The position numbers and the translations under genes are program-made. A DNA stretch of 64,000 bases. It comes from Vitrella brassicaformis CCMP3155. Its lineage: Eukaryota > Protista > Chromerida. The notes beneath the pieces are model-generated. The model searched no databases. It had not been told where the DNA came from and saw only the letters and a program-made list of their open reading frames with translations. Below are positions 47,834 to 58,788 of this stretch, one piece after another (positions within the stretch are counted from its first letter, which is position 1; the number at the start of each line of letters is the position of its first letter). The DNA lies in the NCBI GenBank assembly GCA_001179505.1, contig CDMY01000349.1, positions 43,634 to 107,633 of the forward strand. The letters are read 5' to 3'.

Positions 47834-50638
47834 TCAGTCGTCGCGCCCCTCACTACCAATCGCAAACGTCGACGCGAAGTCACCACCGCCACCACCACCA
47901 CCCTGCCCCTCCTTCTGCAGGGTGTCCTCCCGGCCGCTCTCGTCATCGTTGCTTTCGGTGCTGATGGCGATGGCGGGGATGACTCCCTGGTGCTGGTCTG
48001 TGTGGTGGTCGTCTGACAGAGGGGGAGGGGGCGGCGGCGGCGGGAGGACCGGAGAGATCGGAGAGGGGGCGGAGTTCTGCAGCTCCTCCTGCAGGCAGCA
48101 CATAGACAGACACCACACTTCACACACATATGGCTGGATGTGGTGGTGGTGGTGGTGGTACCATGAACGGAGCGGCGAGTCTGACGAGCTTCTGGTACTC
48201 TGTCTTGAGGGTGGAGAGGGTAATTGGGGCCTGCCCTGGCGGCTGCTGGTCTTCGCCATCTGCTGCTGCTGCTGCTGCTGCTGTGGCGGGCAGCTGACAA
48301 GATGTCACGTCACGCACACAGACATGGTTGTGGAGGGGATGGGGGGCGGATGGCATGGCGAACCTCACCTCATCTCACCTGCTGTATGAGTGTGGAGTGC
48401 TCCTGCTGGAACTGCATGACGTCGTCCCATATCAGCTCGAGCTGCGCTATCGCCTTGGCCAAGCGATGCCTGACATCACATCACATCGAATCGATGGGGG
48501 ATAGATAGACATGTCAGTCACGTCAGATCAGACACAGGACAGGCAGAGAGAGAGAGAGACAAGACAGCTAGCTGTGTGCCCTGTCCTGTGTGGCCACCAC
48601 ACACACAAAGAAAAGTCACCTACCGGAGGTCGAAGTCCACAGCGTCGATGGGCCGCTGCTCGACGCCCACAGCAGCCATGGTGGCCTGAAAACCATGCAG
48701 CCACCCACACCACACGTGTGCCAACCACTCCATCCGACCATCCGTCTGATCTCTCCGACCCACCGCACCCACCGCAGATTTCTCTCGGTCCTTGACCATG
48801 TCCACATAACGCTGCAGCACCTCCCCCTGCCGTTGTGTGTGTGTCAGTCAAGCCATCCATCCATCCATCCAGCAAGCCATCCATCGCACATCAATCAGTG
48901 TGCATGGCAGTGGCAGTGGGGCGGTGTGTGTGTGTGTGTGTGTACCTGGTGTGTAATCCTGGCCATTTGGTACTGAAGGTGTCTGCGAATGACGTCCTCT
49001 ACCATCGACTTGAAATTCGACGCCTTGCCGGCGATGTCTGACGACTAAACACACGGACAGAGAGAGAGAGAGAGAGACCACAGACAGCGATGTGTGCATT
49101 TGTTTGTGTGTGCCGTGTGGGGACGGTGTGTGTACCATTTGTTCGTTGACTTTGACGAGGTCGACCTGCGCCGCGCCAGCCAGCTTCTGCAGCTGCTCTG
49201 TCGCCTCCTGCTCCTGCACACACACACACACACACAGAGAGAGAGTACAAACACACCTGTGTGGATGCTCTCTGCCTGCCTGCCTGCCTGCCACACGGCG
49301 CAGCGCCTGCCTGTATCGATTCGTGTCTGAGTTGTTCCTCGGTATCCATCTTGCCCTCGAAGCGCTTCCGCAGTGTGCTCAGCTGGTGCCTGACGCTGTC
49401 GGTGCGGTGCATGTGCTGTCGCTGCTTGTCCGTCAGGTTCACGATCTGCTGCGTGACGTCCTCCAGTTGCAGCTGCACGACAGACACCAACAGAGAGGTC
49501 TCTCTCTCTCTGTCTCTCTCTGTGTGGGTGTGCCTCTCTGCTGACCTTGAGCGCTTTCTTCTTTTCTTCGAGCGTTTCGAGCTGACTGTCGATCTCAAGC
49601 CGCTCCTCGTCGAGACCCTGCCACCGAGACACACACACACACACACACGTGTGGCATCCTGATCTGATTGGTGTGGTCCATGTTGGTTGGTGTGTGTTAT
49701 GATGTGTGTCCACACCCACCCTGAGTGTGTGTGCGAGCCCCTCTGATGCCTTCTCCATCTCCGTCTGCAGGGCCGCCCTGACACACACGGAACAAACAGC
49801 CTCACATAGATCAATCAGATCGAGGGTGTCGGAGGATGACTCACTTCCTGTCGACGGTCGAGTGTGCGTTGTCCGACAGCTGGCTGATGTGGTGCTGCAG
49901 CCACGGCACACACCCACGACAGACAGGCAGACCTACCTGTCCGTCACTGTGTCTCTCGGTCTCTCTGCCTGTCTGTCTGTCTGTGAGTGCCTGCATACCT
50001 CCACAGCCGTGCGCAGGTGAGTGAGCTGCGTGGCCGTCTGATCCGTCACATCCTTGCGACGCACAGCTGCATCACACACACACACACACGTGAGTGTGTG
50101 TGTGTATGTGTGTTAGCTTCATGACACACAGATGCACAGCACACGGACTTCACTTACATGACTGTTGCAGGCTGTGCATGAGCGTCTTGTAAGTGGCCAC
50201 CAGCTCAGCCGAGGCCTTGACGCGACGAGCGTGAGTCTGGCTGCACACACAGACACACAGACACACAGGCCGCCAGGGAGTGATAGGGAGGCAGCACGTG
50301 TGTGGCCATACAGATGCACACTCGCATGCGTGATACCATACCAAGCAGTGTCGATGAAGCTGTCGTCTTTCTCCTGCAGTGTCGCACCACTGGGCGGCAC
50401 ACTCATCCTACTCATTGCACACACAGAAGAGACCACACACAGAGCAGAGGTTAGGTTCTCTCTCCGAGCACAGCACAGCACAGCACAGCGCAGCACAGCA
50501 CAGCACATGTGTGGTGTGCGCACTGGTGAATGGCGTGTTTCAGCTGCTCGGTGCGAATGGCGAGGTCCCGCCTCTCCTCCTGGTGATGCTCGTCCTCCCA
50601 GTCATACTTGTACAGTGACAGCAATCCCAACAACCTAA

Positions 50639-50675
<37 letters not shown>

Positions 50676-51561
50676 GGAGAGGGAGAGAGAGAGGCGTGTT
50701 CACACCCACACAGCCACAGCCATCCATCCATCGAGGCCATTTACTTTTGGAACTGCATGGTGTGCGAGGGGTCAGTGCTGAGGATGGCGTCCACCAGCGG
50801 GACAAACAGGGATGCGGGGGCCTTGAAGCACAGCGACAGCAGCTGGTGGAAATACACGCGGGGCGTCCCGCTCTCGCCTACAAGACAAGCATGCAGCGTC
50901 AGCCATCCCATGCACACACGCTGGCCCAGCTATCACTGGTCTGGATGGATGGATGGATGGATGAATGAATGTGGGCGCACCCTCGTCTGGCTTGCCCATG
51001 AGGTGTTTCTTGACATCATTCTGCCGCGCGAGAGTCGTCAGCGTGATGGGCAGCGCCTGGCAACGGAGGAACACCTGACCAACCGCACAGCACACCACAC
51101 CACACCATACCACCCGGCAGTCCATCGCTCTTTCTCCTCTGCGTATGGCGCAGGTCTGCAGCCACCCCAGCCACCGACCTGTTTGAAGCTGAGGTCCTGC
51201 CCGGTGTGGTCGGCATCATGATATCTGGTGGATCCCTCCCGCCCCGACGAGAGGATCTGTGCGCTCAGTCTTTTGAACTCCTCGGCGTGAATCGGCAGAG
51301 AGTAGGGCTGACGCGCCTGCGTCTCCAGCTGACGCTCCTGGATACAACGACACATCGGGAGAGTGATCTCACTTCACACACAGACAGACAGACACAGACA
51401 GGCAGATGAGACTTTCTTACCAGCTCTGTGACGCTCAGGTGGGACTTGACGACTCTCAGGGCATCTCTGGCCTGCTGCACTCCCTCCTTGACAGTGTCCT
51501 TGACCTTATCGGCGCCCTCCTTGACCTTCTTGAGGAAGCTGCCCAGCGCCCCAGACGTCAT
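47834..51561 (-). CDS. Long coiled-coil protein related to an uncharacterised plant family (At5g13560/At2g37370-like)
   Basis: ATG 51561. YHDADHTGQDLSFKQ|VFLRCQAL resembles the plant motif [23 protein letters not shown] (recalled, not searched). Long heptad exons and a Pro/acidic tail follow. Confidence 0.7.
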
Positions 51562-51622
51562 CCTGAACTGACAGTAGATCTCACTGCGAACACCACAGAT
51601 CAAGTATCCTGCAAGCTCGCCA

Positions 51623-54600
51623 ATGGCTGGGGGTCTGGGGGCTCCCAGATCCGCACATCCAAGGAAGATGATGGCCATCCTTCTGACGGCTCTGCTTGCA
51701 AGCGGAGCTTTCATCGCCTCTGCGCGATGTAACGACGAATCCGTGTGCACAATGCCAGAATCATTTGCTTCAGATGCTTCTCATGCATTGCTTTGTGTCA
51801 GCCCCCCCTGCGACGAATGAGGCGGGCTTCAGGGCACTGTTCGGCACCTCCGACTTCGTATCTCCTACGTGTGCCTCGACGATAACCGTCACGAGTGCTG
51901 CCGATTCAGGAGTCGGCACGCTGAGAGAGGCGCTTGGCATGTTGGAAGCCCAAGAGCCGGACACAGAAGAGACCACCCGCTCTATTCGCGTCAGCTCAAG
52001 CGTCACTCAAATCAGCCTCCAAAGCACTCTCCTCTTCAAGGGGCGCAACGTCTATTTATTCCCTCAAGACCTCAACAATGCAGACTCTTTCCCTCTTATT
52101 AAGGCCCCAGACAAAGCTGACTTGCTCACGACCGAGGGAACGAGTAACTTCACTATTGCTGGCGTTCGCTTCACGAACAAAGGCGCGGACCACGACTACA
52201 CTACATATTCCATGATTCTTCTCAAACCGGCGAGCAATATCAAGACAAGTGTGGCCTTCTATCGAGTGTCCGTTGGAGTGCAGCAATCCGGACACCATCA
52301 GCTTTAGAGCCGTAGACATTGACACTGGGGGATCAGAAAAGGATACCATTGATGTCTCGTTCTAAGAGTCGGCTTTCCACGGAAACGAAGGCATCGTAAT
52401 AGACCGCGCCTATCGCGGTGCTACCTATCCGCCACGCAGAAGAGTCGCTCTGAAGAATACCTCGATTTACGGAAATCGAATCTATGACGGAGAGGGGAGC
52501 TGCACCTCTTGCTATTACGCTCTTATGGATATCTCTCAATGCAGCGCACTTATTGATCATACAATCTTCGACAGCAACGAGGCTGTAGGAACCTCAAGCC
52601 AATCCGGGGATGCGCCAATTCTGAAGCTTGGGGACCGGAAGTCCGAATATGTGATCATTTGCCAATCGACTTTCCAAAACAACCACAATAGAGAAGCCTA
52701 TTACTGGGCGAGTCATCACATCGTCGAAATTAGAGCGTATGAGGCGAGTGTAATAGTCGAAAAGAGCATATTTACCGGCAACAGTCGGCAAAGTGATACT
52801 CGTAGCACATCTAACGACGGGGCTGCACTAAAAGTCTCATACCCATCCGGTAATGAAGATGCATGCACTGGAAAATTAAAGCTATCTCATATGGATGTGT
52901 ATCCTATAGGTGATGTCGTGATCAGCGATTGCATCTTCGAGGACAACAAACCAGGCGCTATCTACATCGACAGCATGTACGACCAAGGAGGCTCGGTGAC
53001 TGTCAGAAGATCAACATTTCGTCGGAATACGGCGCTAAGTGGTGATAGTGTTGATGAAGCAAACGACCGCTCTGCGATACGAGTCAAGGGCTATCGTCAC
53101 GTTGAGATCGTGGACAACTGTTTCGTGGACAACGAGCTCACAACAATGATACACGCGATCGACCGGGATGAAGACCGCCTCGATACGGAGACATTCACTC
53201 TCAGTGGCAACGGGCTTGTACCAAGATCAGTGGGTGGTGGATCAGACGTGTTGTTCAAGTTTGAGAATCCCAATCAATACTATGCGGGGATCATTATCGG
53301 GACAAACACGCAACGGTGCGCCAATGTGTGTGGAAACGGCCTCGTGATGCCGGCAATCGAGACATGCGATGATGTCGGAACACCCGACGTCTCTGCGACA
53401 CCAGAAAGCGGCGACGGCTGTAGTGCGTCCTGCACGATTGAGCAGGGGTGGGAGTGTGAAAATCAGGAAACTCACGGTGACGAGGGACACGGACCCTCTG
53501 TCTGCTCACGTGGGTGAAGACAGAAAAGAGAGACATAGGACATAGTGCTATGTCATGTTTGCCTGTTGGCCTCACGTGTATTTGCAGCTCGGCCGATGCT
53601 CCCCACCCTTACCACTAAAACCCCCAACAGCCGCATATTGCCTTTCGCAGTGGAAATCACCCTCTCCGAGCCAGCCAAATCCGGCTCTTTTGAGGTCGCT
53701 GATATTGCGCTATCTGGTGCTGCTGAGGCGTCTGTTACATCCCTACAAACCATCTCCAACCAGCAGTTCACTGCCAATGTGCAGCCTACAAGCGGTGGCA
53801 GCATAAGCATTCAGCTGGTCGCCGGTACAGTGGAGCTGCACAATGTGCCTGGCTACTTCAACCAAGATTCCAACCTTTTAACCGTAACCATCGGTGAGTA
53901 GGTGGACACACAATGCAACGAATGTACATATTCTTGTAATCTTTCAGATGCAATCAGACCGACTCCTGTCTTGACAGCAACAACAGCTTCTCCTGATGGC
54001 ATCGTGAAGAGCGACCCTTTCAGCGTGACAGTGACATTTGATGAGCCAATATTGGCGTCGACACTGACTGCGAGTGACTTTGCCACTACGAACGCTTCTG
54101 TTGTCAGCATTAGCGAGCTGGGGGCCTCGAGCGACACTTTCAGCATTGGTGTAGCGCCAGATGCAGCGGGAGGGATACAAGTGCAGCTTCCGGAAGCCAG
54201 AACGGAGGACCTTGTCGGAAACCCAAACATGGCTTCAAACACCTTGACAGTCACATACGGTGAGCACACAAAAATTGCTTCCTTTCGCTTCTTCATGCAT
54301 GCCTCTGCTGCTGCATTGCTCCAGAGATGCCACCAACCACAATCCCGCCATCGACCGTCAAGCCTCCCACCTCGCCACCGGGTTCGCCGCGGCATTGACT
54401 GGCATCAAAAGTGGCGAGATGGCCCTCTGCATCTGTATGTGTCAGACTCCGGTGGAGGGGATGTGCCACCAGACGGCGAAGATGGTGGCCCTGGCAATGG
54501 TGGCCCTAGTAATGGTGGCCCTAGTAATAATGGCCCTGGTAATGGTGGCCCCGGCGACTGTTATCGCCCTGATTGCCCTCCTTGCCTCTGCGAGGACGCT

Positions 54601-55628
54601 TTGGATAACATGTTTCCTCCCTGGCAAGAGGCAGACATTTCGTCTGGCGGAGCCGAGGGCGACCCGGCGGAAGGCTGCAGCACCAGACTTGGCACCGGTG
54701 GTCAGCATGGATTGCAGGAATCCGTGGGCAGGCATTTTCTTTCTGTGTCTATGTCTCGCACATGAGTTCGGAGTGTGTGTCTCATGCAGGGTTCCGTATT
54801 TCATGCAAGGACTCGCAGCACATGAAGACCATCAGTCTATCCGAGACCACTTTTGTCACCGTCCTCGAGGGCTCGACCAATGACGATACGCTCAGAGGCA
54901 ATTCGAAAGACAACACTCTCATTGGCGGAGACGGCGACGACAGCCTAGCTGGGCGCGGAGGATACGACCAACTGATTGGTGGCCGAGGATCCGACACATT
55001 CGTCATCACAGATGAGCCGTGCGACGTGACGATCCTTGACTTCGAGACCGGCGCATCCCACGACAAGCTCAACCTGCGCATATTTCCCTCCATCACAAGT
55101 ATGGAGGCCCTCGAGCAGCGGATGACGAGTGGCAGCGTGATAATCGACGTCGATGACACGCACAGGGTGACGATAGCGAACGTCATTCCAGAAGAGGTCC
55201 TCGATCCCACATACTTTCTCCTCAGCGAGGGAGCGGACGAGGCTAGAAACAATGGCGATGACGAATGCGGCTGGTTCACCTACAGCCGGCCCGAATGCGT
55301 CGACACCATTCTGTCCATCGTGCTTGGAATCGTCGGTGTTGCCGGCCTTGGGGTCGGCGCCTGGCAATTCTCACACAACTTTTTGAAGCGGGGCCAGAAG
55401 CCGACCGGGGCGGAGGAAAAGGGCGAAAAGGAGATGGACCCCCGCAAGCGATCGGTATCTGACACTCGAGACAGCCGCAAAAAGAGTTACCTCCAGAGCA
55501 AGTCCGAGAGGCGGGTGCCGCGCAGCGAACACCCCAACTTTGTCCAGACCCTGCAGGAGGACAAACCATCAGGAGATGAGAGCGGGACGTGCGGAAGGGT
55601 GGAGGATGGTGCTGTCAGCCGCGTCTGA
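51623..55628 (+). CDS. Bacterial-type adhesin-like type-I membrane protein: signal peptide, TVTSAADSGxGTLREA motif, beta-helix, Myxococcus Cys-rich (DUF4215-like) repeat, two bacterial Ig-like domains, RTX nonapeptides, TM helix; possibly disrupted
   Basis: MMAILLTALLASGAFIA; ITVTSAADSGVGTLREAL; repeated FxxN strands; CGNGLV...ETCDD...GDGCSASCTIEQGWEC; PFSVTVTFDEPI...EDLVGNPN; five GGxGxDxL-type repeats at 54865-55007; TM ILSIVLGIVGVAGLGVGAW. Downstream introns are phase-compatible. There is a frame break near 52275 and a TAA at 52363. Confidence 0.85.
54484..54558 (+). repeat. Coding 15-bp tandem repeat x5 (GGP[G/S]N linker)
   Basis: ggtggccctggcaat / ggtggccctagtaat x2 / aatggccctggtaat / ggtggccccggcgac. 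Confidence 0.95.
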
Positions 55629-55714
55629 ACTTTGCTTTTGCGGTGGCCGAAGTTTTTCTTTCTTCTTTTTTCCCTTGTTTGTGCAGTCGGTCATCAGACA
55701 ATTTGTTTTTATGC

Positions 55715-57076
55715 ATGTCGGCCATCAGACGACTTTTGTATCATGTGTCAAGTCTGCTGCAGAAAGTGAATCTCTCTTGCCAATCAATCGACGAGTCACG
55801 CTGTGTGCCTCCTGTGTCGGCAAGCCGGTCCTTTGTGCTGTGTGTCCCTCCTTTCCTCCGGCTGGAGGATCTGGAGGAGTCATGCCGGCGACTTAAAGCA
55901 GAGTCGCCCACACTGCCAGACAAGCAGACGTGCGAGCAGGGAGATTTTCCTGCCTCCCATTTATTCTGCCCTCTCTGGTTGTGTGTCAGGCGTCGACACT
56001 CGACAGCAGTGCAGAGTGTTGTAGCCGGGCGGCACGCCCCTGTCGCCCCATCACCCGATGCCATTCGATGGGCAAGCGACGGACCATCGGCCAGAGAGAC
56101 GCCCCAACGCACGCATTGCACACATATGTGTCTTGTCCGTCCGGCAGGTACGCCAACCTCACGGGCTTCGACATGGAGCTCAAGGAGAACTTCGAGATCG
56201 TTTGCTTCGTCGCTTGGCCGTGCGGAAACTTGTGTGAGCGGGACTTCTCCGCCAAATGTCCGCTCGGCTGGCGGCACCTGAGTGACGGCACGTGTCTCGC
56301 CCCCCTCTCTGTCTACCTGCCGGCCCGCGGCTTCGCAGCCTGTCCAACCCGCCGAAGATTTAACGACCTGCCGCCCGCCAGCGTGGCGAGCGCGGCGTAT
56401 GAGTGTGAGCTGGACTTCTCTTGTCTCTCACGCAAGACGTGCACTCGCGACTACACCAGCAGGCACGTAGCGACACTGAATATAATGGCTAAGAAGAAAG
56501 CTATCATAATGTGTGTGCCTTCTGTGTGTGCAATTTCAGATGTCCGATCGACTGGATGGACGCGGGCGTGACAGCTGGCGGCGTGACCTGTTTGCCGCGC
56601 GCTGTCAGCAACAAAGGCACCTGCACCAACATCACCTTGGCACACGACGCATCCGATGACGTAAGGAAGTCACAAACCACATTTGCCGCATACACACACC
56701 CATGGTCCCATACGTATGTGCGTGTGTTGTGTTGTGTGTGCACTATAAAGGCCAAACGCAAGAAGGCCGCCGAATGCGACGCCGACTGGCCCTGGTCAGC
56801 CAGCCAGCCAGCCGGGCAGATGGACAGATGGGAAGGAGTGCACTAAAGTGCCTGCGTGTCTCTCCCTGTCTGTCTGTGTGTATTTGTGTCTATCTCGTCA
56901 GTGTGGGTGAGTACCGGTGGCTCAAGCAGCATCACCACGCCGCTGCAGCCACACACGCCCCCACTCGCTGAGCGAGCGGCATTCATTCATCAAGAGAACA
57001 AACAAGAGGACAGAAAGTGTGCGTGCATGACTGCACCGACAGGGAGATGGATGACCACCAGACCCGAATGCATTAA
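55715..57076 (+). CDS. CPW-WPC domain protein (5' end uncertain)
   Basis: VCFVAWPC, CERDFSAKCPLGW, CTRDYTS|RCPIDW, ECDADWPC are repeats typical of the apicomplexan/chromerid CPW-WPC family. Confidence 0.85.
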
Positions 57077-57345
57077 TGCATCATGAGCGTATCCATCCAT
57101 CCATACATCCATCAAAACTGATTGATACCATATCACACCCCACAGACAGACAGACAGACAGACCGACACACAGACAGAAAGACAGACAGACAGACAGACT
57201 GGCAGGCGATGATGGCACACACGCACACACAGGCCGTCCCCCTCCCCTCCCCTCCCCTCCCCTGTTGACCCCTGTGGACGTGAGCCTGTGTGTGAGTGTG
57301 TCTGTCTGTCTGCCACGCACTGCTGCACACGCGCATTCACATAAC

Positions 57346-57426
57346 TAGGGTTTAGATGAGCACGTCGGCCGCCGCCCCGCCCCCCTGCAATGGGAAAAAG
57401 CCTCCAAAGCGAAAGTACTAGGGTTT
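57346..57426 (+). promoter_or_regulatory. Two telo-box-like TAGGGTTT elements upstream of a small gene
   Basis: tagggttt(ag) at 57346-57353 and tagggttt at 57419-57426. Confidence 0.45.
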
Positions 57427-57717
57427 GGGGTGAGGCATCATTGAAACGCGAGCTTTTGAGCTCGCAGGGGTCGCCACGGCTCTCTTACCCTCCCTTCTCC
57501 GGCGCCTCTCCTGTCTTCAAGGGCAGTGGGGGCTGCCCGGCTGGGGCCTGTGTTGTCTGGCGTGATTGTCTGTACGCTTGAAAAAAGTTTCGTGGGGCCC
57601 GCCTCACAGCAGAAGGCAACAACACGCCCATACCAAGATTCTGCACAGGTACGACAGCCACCATCCGATTCATTCTGTTGTCACCTGCATGATTGGTGTG
57701 CTGGCTTCAGAAAAACG

Positions 57718-58386
57718 ATGCATAGTTTTGGTCAGCAGCCGTCTGCAGCCGAGAAGGAGCCTGTGACGCCTCCCCGCTGGCAGCAGATCCACCCGCAGGC
57801 CAAAAGCGTTATCGAGAATGCCAGCAAGCTCCTCGGGAACGCCTCACTCCGACCCACAGACGTCCACTGGCTCAACGCATTCATGGCCATTTGTATGTGT
57901 GGGCACAGCACACGTATTGTATTGCGTCCATGCGTCTGTCCATCTGTGCTGTGTTGTTCTGTGTGCATGGATGCAGCTTCGCAGGATGTCAATCAACACT
58001 TCGGGGCGGGTGTCTTTCTCCCACTGACGTCGCCTGAGGCCGTCCTCCACGCGTCGACCCTGCGCCAAGGTCAGCCACAGGCGACCCTGGTGCCACTTAT
58101 CGCCACCACTCCTGTACCTGCACCTGCACCTGCACCAGCGCCGCCCATGTATAATACCAACACCACACACACGGGGGTCGAGTCCAGCGGGGAGTGGATA
58201 GTGTCACCCACTCACCCACGCCCATCCACCCGCCTCACGGACAACAGCAACCCCGTGTACCCTCAGACGACACATCAGCAATCGCAGGTGGCGGTGGTGG
58301 GGGGTGAGGGGCAGCAGCACTGGGGGATGGAAGGGGGAGGATGGGTGCAGACCAGTGGGCTCTGCCTGAAGCCTGGTGGCGTGTAG
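57718..58386 (+). CDS. Small hypothetical protein
   Basis: ATG 57718 follows an apparent 5'UTR intron; one phase-1 intron (ATT T|gtatgt...gcag|CT); TAG at 58386. Confidence 0.5.
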   Translation: MHSFGQQPSAAEKEPVTPPRWQQIHPQAKSVIENASKLLGNASLRPTDVHWLNAFMAICMCGHSTRIVLRPCVCPSVLCCSVCMDAASQDVNQHFGAGVFLPLTSPEAVLHASTLRQGQPQATLVPLIATTPVPAPAPAPAPPMYNTNTTHTGVESSGEWIVSPTHPRPSTRLTDNSNPVYPQTTHQQSQVAVVGGEGQQHWGMEGGGWVQTSGLCLKPGGV

Positions 58387-58788
58387 AACAGTCTGTGTTG
58401 CGTTGCGGGCGTCTGCGTGTCGTATTTTTCATCGTTCAACGTCTGCCTACATGAGACACGCGCACAATTGGATAAGCATTCAGACACCGTCTGGCTTGGA
58501 GAAATGCAATGCAATGCACGGATTGAGTGAGGTCATCATTGCATCGACTAGCTACAAATCACTCTAACGAGCATATATGACATGCATGCGCACATGCCGA
58601 GAGCCATACACACGCACACACACACGGAGTGCTCCATGCCGACAAACGATGCTACGGGCTCAGAAAGCCACATAAAGACATCTACCAGTAGATGCATAGA
58701 CGCAAAGCGATGCGAACAAGTAACAAACGTGCAGCTACCCGCATCAATCCAATCAAGCGACTGACCTACCCGTGCACGTGTCTCTAGT

